A DNA stretch of 64,000 nt from an uncultured Haloferula sp. (GCA_965652295.1 CBFGTS010000011.1:1-64000), one strand, 5' to 3'; numbered from the stretch's first letter, positions 10,454 to 20,012 are shown. The notes: generated by a model not told the origin, from the letters alone. Numbers and translations are program-made.

Positions 10454-10737
10454 TTGCCGGAACCGTAGGGGGACTCATCGTCGGCGACCTTGAAGGCCGG
10501 GCCGGGCTCCAGCTCTCCCGCAGTCATTTGCTCGATCAGATCCTGATCCGGCTCCCAGCAATCGTCGGCTTCCCAGATCTGACCGGCGAGGAAGCCGCCG
10601 GTGCGGGGGGCGATTGGTGGGGTGTAAGGCACCAGCTTCGCCATGGGCTTGCCGGCCTTGGCGATGATGATCTCCTCGCCCGCCGCCGCCTGCTCGACCA
10701 GTTTCGAGAGATGGGTTTTGGCCTCGTGGATGTTCAT
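10450..10737 (-). CDS. Type II TA antitoxin, Phd/YefM family
   Basis: MNIHEAKTHLSKLVEQAAAGEEIIIAKAGKPMAKL; 4-nt overlap with the toxin. Confidence 0.93.
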   Translation of the reverse strand: MNIHEAKTHLSKLVEQAAAGEEIIIAKAGKPMAKLVPYTPPIAPRTGGFLAGQIWEADDCWEPDQDLIEQMTAGELEPGPAFKVADDESPYGSGK

Positions 10738-10744
10738 GCAACCA

Positions 10745-10758
10745 GACTAAACTTAGTC
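10745..10758. promoter_or_regulatory. Putative TA operator palindrome GACTAA-AC-TTAGTC
   Basis: Perfect 6-bp-arm inverted repeat just upstream of the antitoxin ATG; type II TA operons are typically autorepressed. Confidence 0.7.
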
Positions 10759-10857
10759 CGATCGGAGGCAAGGGGGAAATCGCTGCCTTCCCCCAGGGCG
10801 ATCAAGGCCTGAGGCAATGGCCGTCCTATGGGGCCTATGGTCGACCCGATGGGCATG

Positions 10858-10888
10858 AAAAAAGCCGGACCCGTGGCGGGTCCGGCTT
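10858..10888 (-). terminator. Intrinsic terminator of the cytochrome c gene
   Basis: Stem AAGCCGGACCCG/CGGGTCCGGCTT followed by a T-run on the minus strand. Confidence 0.8.
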
Positions 10889-10912
10889 GGGGAGAGAAGG
10901 GTGCGGCTGGAA

Positions 10913-11365
10913 TTACTTCTCCAGCTCGGTGAGCTGGGCGCGGGTGAAGGGAGCTTTTTGCTCGGCCCACTTGGCGCGGTATTCCTTGGCTTGCTCGGGC
11001 GTCACGATCCCGGCGTCGTTGCCGAAGGAATTGCGGACGTAGGTCATGACGGCGGCGAGCATGTCATCGGAGGCGAAAGAGGCTTCCAGCGGAGCCATGA
11101 CGCCGAGGTAGTCCTGAGTCTCCTTGGCGATGCCTTTGAGGATGACGCCAGCGAAGACTTCGGGTTTGCCGGTGGCGATGGGCGAGGCGGCGAGCGTCGG
11201 AGCCATCTTCTTTTCGCCGACGGGGAGGCCGGTGCCATCGGGGCCGTGGCAGGCCATGCAGGTGGCGAACATGGTCTTGCCGGTTTCCATGAGCTTGGCC
11301 TTGGCGTCGTCTTGGGCGGCGGCGAGGCCGCAGACGGCGAGCAGAGTGATGAGAATGCGGGTCAT
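10913..11365 (-). CDS. Periplasmic monoheme c-type cytochrome
   Basis: Signal peptide, CMACH heme motif, VMAP distal Met, YVRNSFGN. Confidence 0.92.
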   Translation of the reverse strand: MTRILITLLAVCGLAAAQDDAKAKLMETGKTMFATCMACHGPDGTGLPVGEKKMAPTLAASPIATGKPEVFAGVILKGIAKETQDYLGVMAPLEASFASDDMLAAVMTYVRNSFGNDAGIVTPEQAKEYRAKWAEQKAPFTRAQLTELEK

Positions 11366-11508
11366 GAGATGGGGTGCTGTGTTTCGGCCGCACCATGGGA
11401 TGCGATCGATGGGAACGCAACCTCCTCGTATTCTGCGGCGACGGGCTTTTTCTGTCATCCCCAGCCGAGGATTGCCCGCGCGCTGGCCCGCAGGCAGGGT
11501 GGCCCGCG

Positions 11509-12675
11509 ATGTCCCGCCCCACCCTGAAAGTCCGGCTTTTTCCCCGTGCGGAGGCGACCGTGCGTGCGGGGCACCCGTGGGTGTTCTCGGATTCGGTGAA
11601 GTCGGTCAATCGTGAGGCGGAGGCGGGTGAACTGGCGGTGGTGTATGATCGCGCGGATCGTTTTCTCGCGGTCGGCTTCTGGGATCCGGAGTCGCCGATC
11701 CCGCTGCGGATCGTGCATCAGGGAACGCCGGCGAGGATTGATCGGGCGTGGTGGTTGGAGCGGGCGCGGGCGTGCCGGGAGTTCCGACGGGAGATCGCCG
11801 CAGTCGGGACGACCGGCTACCGCTGCATCAATGGCGACAGCGAGGGGTTTCCCGGGCTGGTAGCGGACCGTTACGGGGACACGCTGGTGGTGAAGCTATA
11901 CAGCGCGGCGTGGGTTTCGCGCTGGGGGGAGATCGAGGGCGTGCTGCGGGAGGTGTTCGAGCCGCGGTTTCTGGTGCGGCGGGTGGCGCGGAACCTGACG
12001 GGACTGGACGAAGGCTTCGTGGGTGCGACCGGGCCCGAGGTGGTGGTGTTCGAGGAAAACGGGCTGCGTTTCGAATCGGCGGTGCTGCACGGTCAGAAGA
12101 CCGGTTTTTTTCTGGATCAGCGGGACAACCGGGCGCGGGTCGAGGCGTTGGCGGCGGGGCGCGAGGTGCTGAACGTGTTCAGCTTTTCCGGCGGGTTCTC
12201 GGTGTATGCCGCACGCGGCGGTGCGGCGGCGGTGACGGATCTGGACATCAGCGCGCATGCGCTGGAGAGCGCGGAGCGGAACTTCGCGCTCAACCCGGAG
12301 CTGGCGTGCGTGCCGCGCCAATCGGTGCAGGCCGATGCGTTCGCCTGGATGGGGGAAACGCGGGGGGCGTGGGATCTGATCGTGACCGATCCGCCCTCGC
12401 TGGCGAAGCGCGAGCGGGAAAAGGACGGGGCGCTGAAGGCCTATCGGAAGCTCAACGCCGATGCGATCCGACGGCTGCGGCCGGGTGGGGTGCTGGTGGC
12501 GGCGTCGTGCTCGGCGCACGTGCGGGCGGCGGAATTTCTCGGGCTGGTGCGGGAGGAAGCGCGGCGCAGCGGCCGCTCGTGGCGGGAGCTGTGGACCAGC
12601 GGCCACGCGGCGGATCACCCGGCGACCTATGCCGAGGCGGAGTATCTGAAAGCGGTGGCGATCGAGTTCGGCTGA
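11509..12675 (+). CDS. Class I SAM-dependent rRNA methyltransferase, RlmI (m5C1962)-like
   Basis: PUA-like GHPWVF, GQKTGFFLDQRDNR, LNVFSFSGGF, DPPSLA, ASCS. Confidence 0.9.
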   Translation: MSRPTLKVRLFPRAEATVRAGHPWVFSDSVKSVNREAEAGELAVVYDRADRFLAVGFWDPESPIPLRIVHQGTPARIDRAWWLERARACREFRREIAAVGTTGYRCINGDSEGFPGLVADRYGDTLVVKLYSAAWVSRWGEIEGVLREVFEPRFLVRRVARNLTGLDEGFVGATGPEVVVFEENGLRFESAVLHGQKTGFFLDQRDNRARVEALAAGREVLNVFSFSGGFSVYAARGGAAAVTDLDISAHALESAERNFALNPELACVPRQSVQADAFAWMGETRGAWDLIVTDPPSLAKREREKDGALKAYRKLNADAIRRLRPGGVLVAASCSAHVRAAEFLGLVREEARRSGRSWRELWTSGHAADHPATYAEAEYLKAVAIEFG

Positions 12676-12731
12676 AGTTTCCTGGATTTGCCACGCTTGC
12701 GCCGGGGGGGTGCGGCGCTTTAGGGGAAGAC

Positions 12732-14357
12732 ATGCCCCGACGCTCCTTCAGTTTCATGCTCGCCTGGCGGTATCTCAATCCGCGGCGGGCGATGCTTTCC
12801 GTCGTGGCCATGATTTCCGTGATCGGCGTCATGCTCGGCGTGCTGGCGCTGGTGGTGGTGATGTCGATCTACTCGGGGATGGAGCGGGAGATCAAAAGCC
12901 GCTTCCTGGGTTTCATCCCGCACATCCGGATGGACTACGCGCCGGACGGCATGCGCTTCGGCCTGGCCGATTGGCGGGGCATGGCGGAGCGGCTCGAGGA
13001 GTTCGACGGCGTGGCCGAGGCGGGCCCGGTGGTGCAGGATTCGCTGATGATGGACGTCGAGGGCCGCCGGCTCTACGGCACGTTCCAAGGCGTCGATACC
13101 CAAAGCGAGGCCGCGAACGAGGGCCTGCGCAAGATGCTGGATCTGGTGGAATACCCGACCGGCACGGTCGATATGGGGCTGGACGACCGGGTGGTGATCG
13201 CCTCGCGGACCGCGCGGCAGTTCGGAATCGGCGTGGGCGACAAGATCAGTCTGCTGACGATGCGGAACCTCAACGAGGTCGAGCGGGTGTTCGAGAAGAC
13301 CAAGCAGCCGCCGGTGCGGGAGAAATTCGCCGAGGAGCTGAAGGAGATCCGGAGGGTGGTGGCGGAGAAGTGGACGGTGGAAGACGGGCGTTCGCAGCTC
13401 GGCACGGAGGACTTCAATGCGATCTACGAACCGCTGTTGGCGATCCTGCGGGGAGAGCCGCGGGAGGCCGAGGAGGAGATCGTTTTCAACGCGATCACGC
13501 TGCTCGACGCCGCGGAGAACGACGAAGCCAAGCGCCTCCAGAAGCTGGGCGAGGATTCCCCGCGGCAGTTTCTGGAAATCCTCGCTGAGCTGGAAACGAC
13601 CGATGTCGAGAAAATGGACGCCGCCGCGCTGAAGAACATCGAGCAGTTCGTCCTGCCCAAGGAGGCGGAGATCGTCGGCGTGTATGCCGCTTCGCAGATG
13701 GCAATGACGCCGGATGTGTTCATGCCGCTGGGTCTGGCACAGGAGCTGGCGGGGCTGGACGGCGAGGTGCAGGCGATCGGGATCCGCCTCGACGATCCCT
13801 ATCAGGCGCGGGCCGTGGCGATGGACATCGCAGCGAACCTCGACGAGCCCGGCTGGTTCCTGGAGCCGTGGATGGACGTCGAGGCGATGCGGCAGTTCTC
13901 AGTGCTCATCGAGCAGCAGCGGGTGATGATGTATTTCGTGCTGTCGTTCATCGTGCTGGTGTCCGCGTTCTCGATGACGGCGGTGATGTTCACGGTGACG
14001 ATCCAGAAACGCCGTGAGATCGGCGTGATGAAAGCGCTCGGGGCGGCATCCGGCCAGATCGTCCGGGTGTTCGTTTATCAGGGCATGGTGCTCGGCGCGG
14101 TGGGCGCGCTCACCGGGATCGGGCTCGGGCTGTTGGTGATCGCCACGCGCGAGGCCTTGCAGGGGGCGTTGCGGAAAATCGGCTTCGATCCGTTTCCGGC
14201 GTCGTTCAACGGCTTCAGCATCCTGCCCGCGCACGTCAACCCGGTCGAGGTCGTGATCATCGGCGTGGTCGCATTCATTCTCTGCGCGCTGGCCGCCTGG
14301 CTGCCGGCCTTTTTCGCGGCGCGCAGCGATGCGGCGAAGTCGCTGCGGAACCTGTGA
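12732..14357 (+). CDS. LolC/LolE-like ABC transporter permease (MacB-PCD/FtsX)
   Basis: LAWRYL, ISVIGVMLGVLALVVVMS, KRREIGVMKALGA, LAAWLPAFFAAR. Confidence 0.9.
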   Translation: MPRRSFSFMLAWRYLNPRRAMLSVVAMISVIGVMLGVLALVVVMSIYSGMEREIKSRFLGFIPHIRMDYAPDGMRFGLADWRGMAERLEEFDGVAEAGPVVQDSLMMDVEGRRLYGTFQGVDTQSEAANEGLRKMLDLVEYPTGTVDMGLDDRVVIASRTARQFGIGVGDKISLLTMRNLNEVERVFEKTKQPPVREKFAEELKEIRRVVAEKWTVEDGRSQLGTEDFNAIYEPLLAILRGEPREAEEEIVFNAITLLDAAENDEAKRLQKLGEDSPRQFLEILAELETTDVEKMDAAALKNIEQFVLPKEAEIVGVYAASQMAMTPDVFMPLGLAQELAGLDGEVQAIGIRLDDPYQARAVAMDIAANLDEPGWFLEPWMDVEAMRQFSVLIEQQRVMMYFVLSFIVLVSAFSMTAVMFTVTIQKRREIGVMKALGAASGQIVRVFVYQGMVLGAVGALTGIGLGLLVIATREALQGALRKIGFDPFPASFNGFSILPAHVNPVEVVIIGVVAFILCALAAWLPAFFAARSDAAKSLRNL

Positions 14358-14424
14358 GCGGTCTCGGCGACTTGCCCGACTTGGCGCTTCCCACGCAGGC
14401 GGCGGGGTCGATAGGGTCCCGCCC

Positions 14425-14991
14425 GTGGCGGAGAGAAACATCGTCTATTTCGACCTGGAAACGCAGCGCAGCTTCAACGACGTCGGGGGCTCGGCCCACA
14501 AGGACAAGATGGGCATGTCCGTCGGCGTGACCTACAGCACCGCCACGGGGGAGTACCGCATCTATGGCGAAGCGGAGGTCAACGAGCTGGTCGATGAGCT
14601 GGTGCGCGCGGATCTGGTGGTCGGGTGGAACCACGTCGAGTTCGACTACCCGGTGCTCCAAGGCTATACGATCTACGACCTGCCGAACCAGACGGTGAAC
14701 CTCGACATGATGCTCGATCTCCAGGAGCGGCTCGGTTTCCGTCTCAAGCTTGATGCCGCGGCGGCCGGATCGCTCGGCATGGGCAAGACGGCCGATGGCC
14801 TGGATGCGCTGAAATGGTGGCAGGAATACAAGAAAAGCGGCGACCGGGAGCCGCTGATGAAGATCGCCGAATACTGCGCCTTCGACGTGAAGGTGACCAA
14901 GTGCGTGCACGAATTTGCGGTCGGCAACGGCCATCTGAAGTATCACGACCGCGGCGGGCATTTGCTCGATGTGGCCGTGGATTGGAAATGA
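14425..14991 (+). CDS. Stand-alone RNase H-like DEDD exonuclease (YprB/RNase_H_2-like)
   Basis: YFDLETQ, GWNHVEFD, YCAFDV motifs; GTG start inferred. Confidence 0.85.
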   Translation: MAERNIVYFDLETQRSFNDVGGSAHKDKMGMSVGVTYSTATGEYRIYGEAEVNELVDELVRADLVVGWNHVEFDYPVLQGYTIYDLPNQTVNLDMMLDLQERLGFRLKLDAAAAGSLGMGKTADGLDALKWWQEYKKSGDREPLMKIAEYCAFDVKVTKCVHEFAVGNGHLKYHDRGGHLLDVAVDWK

Positions 14992-14997
14992 CAAACC

Positions 14998-15861
14998 ATG
15001 GCGAAACTCGGTGAAACCGCAGCGTTGAGGATCGTCCGCGAACGGAAGTTCGGGCTCGGTCTCGATTCCGAAGGCCCGCTGGGCGAAGTGCTGCTGCCGC
15101 GGGCGGAAATGCCGCGGGAGTGGGAGATCGGCGGGCTGCTGGAGGTGTTTCTTTACACCGACTCCGAAGACCGCCCGGTGGCGACCCTGCGTCGGCCGAA
15201 GGCGGTCCCGGGCGAGTTCGCCGTGCTGCGTGTGGTCGCCACCACGGGGGTCGGCGCGTTTCTCGACTGGGGGTTGGTGAAGGATTTGCTGCTGCCCTTC
15301 GGCGAGCAGAAAACGCGGCCGCAAGTCGGCCATCGGATCGTCGTGCGGGTCGAGGTGGACGAGGAAACGGGTCGCATCATCGCCAGCCAGCGGCTCGGCC
15401 GCTACCTCGATCAGGGTCGGGCGCCCTTCGTGCCGGGCGACGCCGTCGAGGCGCTGGTTTATGCGCGGACCGAACTCGGGTTCAAGGCGGTCGTGAACGG
15501 CCGCTACGGCGGCTTGATCTACAAGACGGAGGTGTTCCAGCCGCTGCGGCCGGGCGATCGGGTGGATGCCTTCGTTTCGCTGGTGCGTCCGGATGGCAAG
15601 CTGGACCTCTCGCTCCAGCCCTCGGGGCGGGCGAGGATCGGGAATTTCGAAGAGCGGCTGCTCGACTACCTGCGACGCCGTGGCGGGGCCTCACCGCTGA
15701 ACGACCACAGCCCGGCGGCCGAAATCCACGAGGAGCTGGAAGTGAGCAAGAAAACCTTCAAGCAGGCGGTGGGGGCGCTTTACAAGCAGCGGAAGATTGT
15801 GGTGACGGAGCACGGCATCCGGCTGGCCGACGACAGCGATTGGTCGCCCGGCGGGGAGTGA
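14998..15861 (+). CDS. CvfB/YitL family S1-domain RNA-binding protein
   Basis: VFLYTDSEDRPVAT, GAFLDWGLVKDLLLP, DGKLDLSL, SKKTFKQAVGALYKQ. Confidence 0.92.
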   Translation: MAKLGETAALRIVRERKFGLGLDSEGPLGEVLLPRAEMPREWEIGGLLEVFLYTDSEDRPVATLRRPKAVPGEFAVLRVVATTGVGAFLDWGLVKDLLLPFGEQKTRPQVGHRIVVRVEVDEETGRIIASQRLGRYLDQGRAPFVPGDAVEALVYARTELGFKAVVNGRYGGLIYKTEVFQPLRPGDRVDAFVSLVRPDGKLDLSLQPSGRARIGNFEERLLDYLRRRGGASPLNDHSPAAEIHEELEVSKKTFKQAVGALYKQRKIVVTEHGIRLADDSDWSPGGE

Positions 15862-15944
15862 GCGGGAGCAGGAACTCCGTTGACCTCGCGTCAATGGCAT
15901 GGATGTTGCGGGAGACGATCTAACGCCTGCTGTTTCTCCTGACG

Positions 15945-17891
15945 ATGCATCCACACACACTCCCTCCGACCATTCACGAAAGCCGGCTCTCTCTTCATCG
16001 GCTCCTGCCGCGGCTGCGGAAGAGCTTTCCGGGCGACATCGAATCGGCGGAATGGGCTGCGTTCGAGGACCGGCTGGAGCGGCATTTTCCGGTGCTTTTC
16101 GACCTGCTGTGGCGGGTCTACGGGCCCAGCTACGATTTCTTTTTCCACGTCGAGCAGATCCTGAGGACCTGCGCCGAGGCGTGGTTGGCGCGGCCGGGGG
16201 ACCTGAAAGGCCTCGATGCCACCCGCGAGGGCCATGCCCACTGGTATCAGTCGAACCGCGTGGTGGGGGCGATGGCCTACGTCGATCTCTTCGCGGGAAA
16301 CCTGGAAGGCCTGCGGGAAAAAGTGGGCTACCTGAAGGAGCTGGGCGTCACCTACCTCCACCTCATGCCGTTGTTCAAGAGCCCGGCGGGCGACGACGAC
16401 GGCGGCTACGCGATCAGCAGCTACCGCGAGGTGGACGCCTCGTTGGGAACCATGGACGATCTCCGCCAGCTTTCCGCCGAGCTGCGCCACCACGGGATCT
16501 CGCTGGTGCTGGACTTCGTCTTCAACCACACCTCCGACGAGCACGATTGGGCGCTCCGCGCGCGCAAGGGTGAGGAAGCTTACCAAGCCTACTATTGGAT
16601 GTTTCCGGACCGCACCGAGCCGGATGAATACGAGCGATCCCTGCGGCCGATTTTTCCCGACGCCCATCCCGGTTCGTTCACCTACCGGACCTCTCTGGGG
16701 AAATGGGTGTGGACCACCTTCAACAACTTCCAGTGGGACCTGAACTACCGCAATCCGGAGGTCTTCAACGCCATGGCGGGCGAAATGCTCTACCTGGCGA
16801 ATGCGGGCGTGGAAATGGTGCGGATGGATGCGGTGCCTTTCCTGTGGAAGGAGAAGGGCACCAACTGCGAGAATCTTCCCGAGGCGCACCTTCTGATCCA
16901 GGCCTTCAACTCGGTGGCGCGGATCGCCGCGCCGGCGCTCATCTTCAAGTCCGAGGCGATCGTCGCTCCGGATGATATCAAGAAGTATGTCTCGGAAGAG
17001 GAATGTCATCTTTCCTACAACCCGCCCTTGATGGCGTTGCTGTGGAACTCCCTCGCCTCCCGCAATGCCTCGCTGATGCTGCACGCGCTGCCGAAGCGCT
17101 TCGAGCTGCCGCGCGGCTGCTCGTGGGTGAACTACCTGCGCTGTCACGATGACATCGGCTGGGGATTCGAGGATCGCGACATGTGGGAACAGGGGATGAA
17201 TCCGCATGACCACCGCTGGTTCCTCAACCGGTTCTTCATCGGCGAGCACGAGACGAGTTTTTCCCGCGGCAGGCTCTTCCAGCACAACCCGGTCACCGGC
17301 GACGCCCGCATCTGTGGCACCACCGCCTCGTTGTGTGGCTTGGAAAAGGCGCGTTTCGAGGGCGACGAGCAGCAGATCGAGTACGCCATCCGTCGTATTT
17401 TGCTCCTTTACGGGGTCATCTTCACCATGGGCGGGATTCCGCTGGTCTATCTGGGCGATGAGATCGGCCTGCAGAACGACTACGACTACGAGAAAGACCC
17501 GGAGAAGGATGGGGACGAGCGCTGGCTGCATCGGCCGCCATTCGACTGGGAGGCGGCCGAGCGTCGGCGGGACCCTGATTCGGTGGAGGGGAAGATTTTC
17601 AACGGCATCCTCAAGCTCTCGCTGATCCGCAAGAACAACCAGGCCTTTCACGAGACGCGGACCGAGTTCGTGGACGTCGGAAACCCGCACGTCTTCGGCT
17701 ATTTCCGCGTCCACGAGGGCCAGAGCATCCTCTGCCTCGCCAACTTCAATGACTATCCCGAGGAAATTCCGGCGACGCGGCTTCGCCAGCTCGGGCTGCG
17801 CAAGACCTTCACCGACCTCATCGCCGGTCAACCGATCGTGGCGACCGAGCGGCTGGTGCTGGAGCCCCTGCAGTTCATGGCGATCCTTTGA
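15945..17891 (+). CDS. Amylosucrase-like GH13 glycoside hydrolase/transglycosylase
   Basis: DGGYA, FNHTS, catalytic RMDAV, FKSEAIV, RCHDDIGW as in amylosucrases. Confidence 0.92.
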   Translation: MHPHTLPPTIHESRLSLHRLLPRLRKSFPGDIESAEWAAFEDRLERHFPVLFDLLWRVYGPSYDFFFHVEQILRTCAEAWLARPGDLKGLDATREGHAHWYQSNRVVGAMAYVDLFAGNLEGLREKVGYLKELGVTYLHLMPLFKSPAGDDDGGYAISSYREVDASLGTMDDLRQLSAELRHHGISLVLDFVFNHTSDEHDWALRARKGEEAYQAYYWMFPDRTEPDEYERSLRPIFPDAHPGSFTYRTSLGKWVWTTFNNFQWDLNYRNPEVFNAMAGEMLYLANAGVEMVRMDAVPFLWKEKGTNCENLPEAHLLIQAFNSVARIAAPALIFKSEAIVAPDDIKKYVSEEECHLSYNPPLMALLWNSLASRNASLMLHALPKRFELPRGCSWVNYLRCHDDIGWGFEDRDMWEQGMNPHDHRWFLNRFFIGEHETSFSRGRLFQHNPVTGDARICGTTASLCGLEKARFEGDEQQIEYAIRRILLLYGVIFTMGGIPLVYLGDEIGLQNDYDYEKDPEKDGDERWLHRPPFDWEAAERRRDPDSVEGKIFNGILKLSLIRKNNQAFHETRTEFVDVGNPHVFGYFRVHEGQSILCLANFNDYPEEIPATRLRQLGLRKTFTDLIAGQPIVATERLVLEPLQFMAIL

Positions 17892-17920
17892 GGTAAGGTG
17901 AAGTGAGTGGGGGGGAAGCA

Positions 17921-17943
17921 AGCGGTTTGCAAAACCGCTCTCC
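17921..17943 (-). repeat. REP-like hairpin family A
   Basis: Minus strand GGAG-AGCGGTTT-TGC-AAACCGCT. Confidence 0.65.
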
Positions 17944-18015
17944 CGAGGTGAGGCCACGTTGCGTGCTTGCTCCGTTTCGCGTGCGGTGGGAAGTTAGGAA
18001 AGAAAGGAGAGCGCG

Positions 18016-18537
18016 ATGAGCGGCTGGGACATTGAGGAAACCTTGGGTGCCGGGCTGGCGGAGGGCGTGAGGCGTGGCTTTGCGCTGTTCTCCTGCTTGT
18101 CGATCGCCGCCGTGCTGACTGCAGGCGGGCTTTGGGTGGGGTATGCGGCGAACCTGTTCCTGCCCTCCGCTCTCGACGAATGGCTGGCGGGAGCCGGGAA
18201 ACTGGAGTGGGTGTCGCCGGTCAGCGTTGTCGGCATCCTCGTGACCCTCATCGGGTGTGCGATCCGTGCGTTCTCGGCGGACGAGTTCTTCCCCCGGGAG
18301 TACTTTCGTTTCCTTGCCGCGTTCTCGGTGTTGGCCACCATGGCCGCGCCGGGTTGGGGTTGGGAACGCTTCGTTTCCCTCACGGTGCTGACCGGCTGCC
18401 TCGGATCGGTCTGGTTCGTCTGCCAGGCGATTGCCCACGCACGGTGGGCGAGGTATCAGGGTGAATTGATGGCGCTGGCGGAGGAAAACCGCAGGCAACG
18501 GGAGGAGCTGGAACGAAGGTTCGGCGCCGGGCAGTAG
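18016..18537 (+). CDS. Hypothetical membrane protein (~4 TM, C-terminal coiled coil)
   Basis: GGAG upstream, hydrophobic segments, fills the gap between genes. Confidence 0.7.
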   Translation: MSGWDIEETLGAGLAEGVRRGFALFSCLSIAAVLTAGGLWVGYAANLFLPSALDEWLAGAGKLEWVSPVSVVGILVTLIGCAIRAFSADEFFPREYFRFLAAFSVLATMAAPGWGWERFVSLTVLTGCLGSVWFVCQAIAHARWARYQGELMALAEENRRQREELERRFGAGQ

Positions 18538-18583
18538 GTTGCCAAAGTCGAGGTCCTGCGGAACGAATGATCGCTCCCGCGGG

Positions 18584-19432
18584 TCAGAAGCTTTCCACCG
18601 GAGTGAGGTGTTCCTCGGTGCGCACTCGGAAGAGCTTGCGGGCGGCGTCGAGGGGCGTGGTGAACGTTTGCGGGCCGGTGAGGCCGGTTTGTCCGTCGAC
18701 CGTTTGCCACGAAAGCGTGGGATCCAGCATTTCGATCGAGGCCGACACGCCGGGGTTCGGAGTAAAGCTGAGGGTGAACTGATTTCCGCTGAGACCGGTG
18801 AACAGATCGGGGGCGGTGACGGTGGGGACGAGGATGAAATCGTCGATCCCGACGTAGGCGAAGTCGCTCACGCCCGCCACGGGAAAGACCCGCAGGCCGA
18901 CCTCCGAGATGGAAGCGAGGAAGCCGGGAGTGGGGGTGAAGGCGATGAATTCCCCGTTGTCGAAGTAGAACCATGGATCGTCGAAGCGGAAGGGGAGGTT
19001 GTACCAGTCGGGCTCGGTGCCGAGGTCCTCGGCGACGTAGGTTCCGGAGAAATAGTAAGCGGGGCCAACCGGGCCGTCGGCGTACACGGCGAGGTCGGTG
19101 ATATCGAGGTCCTCGGGGTCGACAAAAATACTGACGTCGATGCCGGCGATCGCTTGGGAGGCGTAGTCGCCGACAAAGGCACCTCCGGCGGTGAACTCGT
19201 CGGCGAAAAACCAAACCCCCTCGCCGCCGATGAAGAAGGAAAAGGCGTAGGGATTCGAATCGGCAACGGTGTCGGACCACAGCGGCGGGGCGACCAGCTC
19301 GTCGTCGTAGGAGTAAAGATTCCAGGCATCGGCGTTTTCCTCGGTGGGAAAACGCTCCCAGGCACCGGCCAGGGCGTCGGCGCGGGCGAGCGGGGGGAGG
19401 AGTGCGAGAAGGAGGATCGGAACGAGACGCAT
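18584..19432 (-). CDS. Hypothetical secreted acidic beta-rich protein
   Basis: Signal peptide MRLVPILLLALLPPLARA; C-terminal domain ending KLFRVRT. Confidence 0.8.
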   Translation of the reverse strand: MRLVPILLLALLPPLARADALAGAWERFPTEENADAWNLYSYDDELVAPPLWSDTVADSNPYAFSFFIGGEGVWFFADEFTAGGAFVGDYASQAIAGIDVSIFVDPEDLDITDLAVYADGPVGPAYYFSGTYVAEDLGTEPDWYNLPFRFDDPWFYFDNGEFIAFTPTPGFLASISEVGLRVFPVAGVSDFAYVGIDDFILVPTVTAPDLFTGLSGNQFTLSFTPNPGVSASIEMLDPTLSWQTVDGQTGLTGPQTFTTPLDAARKLFRVRTEEHLTPVESF

Positions 19433-19622
19433 GGGATAACGACGGGATTTTCGGTGGAGATATTCGGAAAAGATCGGTCGAAGTGTGGCAGCGGCCCATG
19501 CTCCCAACCGCGGTGGCCCCTTGGGCACTGAATGGTCTGACGCTGCCAGCGCGAGGGCTGGCGGGTATCAGGCAAACCTCAGGCGACGTTGCTTCTTACA
19601 GCGTGCAAGGAACCGGAGAGGA

Positions 19623-19742
19623 TCAGGAAGGCTCGGCCCGCTCGAACTCGGTCGTGATGCTCAAGTAGTAGATCCCGCCGAGGGTGCCGAGGACGGCGAC
19701 GAGCATGAGCAGGGTGATGAGCATGCCGAGACAGGACTTCAT
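19623..19742 (-). CDS. Small single-TM protein, 39 aa (MKSCLGMLITLLMLVAVLGTLGGIYYLSITTEFERAEPS)
   Basis: Translated by hand; ATG to TGA, strongly GC3-biased codons, one hydrophobic helix; below the ORF track cutoff. Confidence 0.7.
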   Translation of the reverse strand: MKSCLGMLITLLMLVAVLGTLGGIYYLSITTEFERAEPS

Positions 19743-19795
19743 GAACGAAGCTTCAAAGGGTTCGTTTCAAGTTTCAAGCGTCGGGTTTCTGGAGT

Positions 19796-20004
19796 GCTCC
19801 GGCATGTCGGAGCTTTTTGGGTGAGGGCGGGAGTCGCCGGGCGGGCTGTCTCGGAGCCGACATGTCGGCTCAGGAGTGGAGGTCACGAACGATGAGCGGC
19901 TCGGAGGGAAAAGCGGTGGCATGTCACCTCGCTCCAAAGGGTAAGGGAGCGAAGAAGAGAGTTCCGCAAGATGCGGAACCCTGCCGGCAAGATGCCGGCG
20001 CTCC
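19796..20004. repeat. Cluster of REP-like palindromes
   Basis: GCTCCGGCATGTCGGAGC (19796-19813), perfect GAGCCGACATGTCGGCTC (19854-19871), GCCGGCA-AGA-TGCCGGC-GCTCC (19983-20004). Confidence 0.7.
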
Positions 20005-20012
20005 CCTTCGGA

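Noticed and set aside
11748..12731. Apparent N-terminal extensions or fusions of the LolC/E-like, GH81 (to 36655), scpB (to 49562) and mfd (to 55195) ORFs
   Set aside because: Extensions overlap other real genes and are low-complexity Arg/Gly/Pro; internal starts fit the family N-termini.
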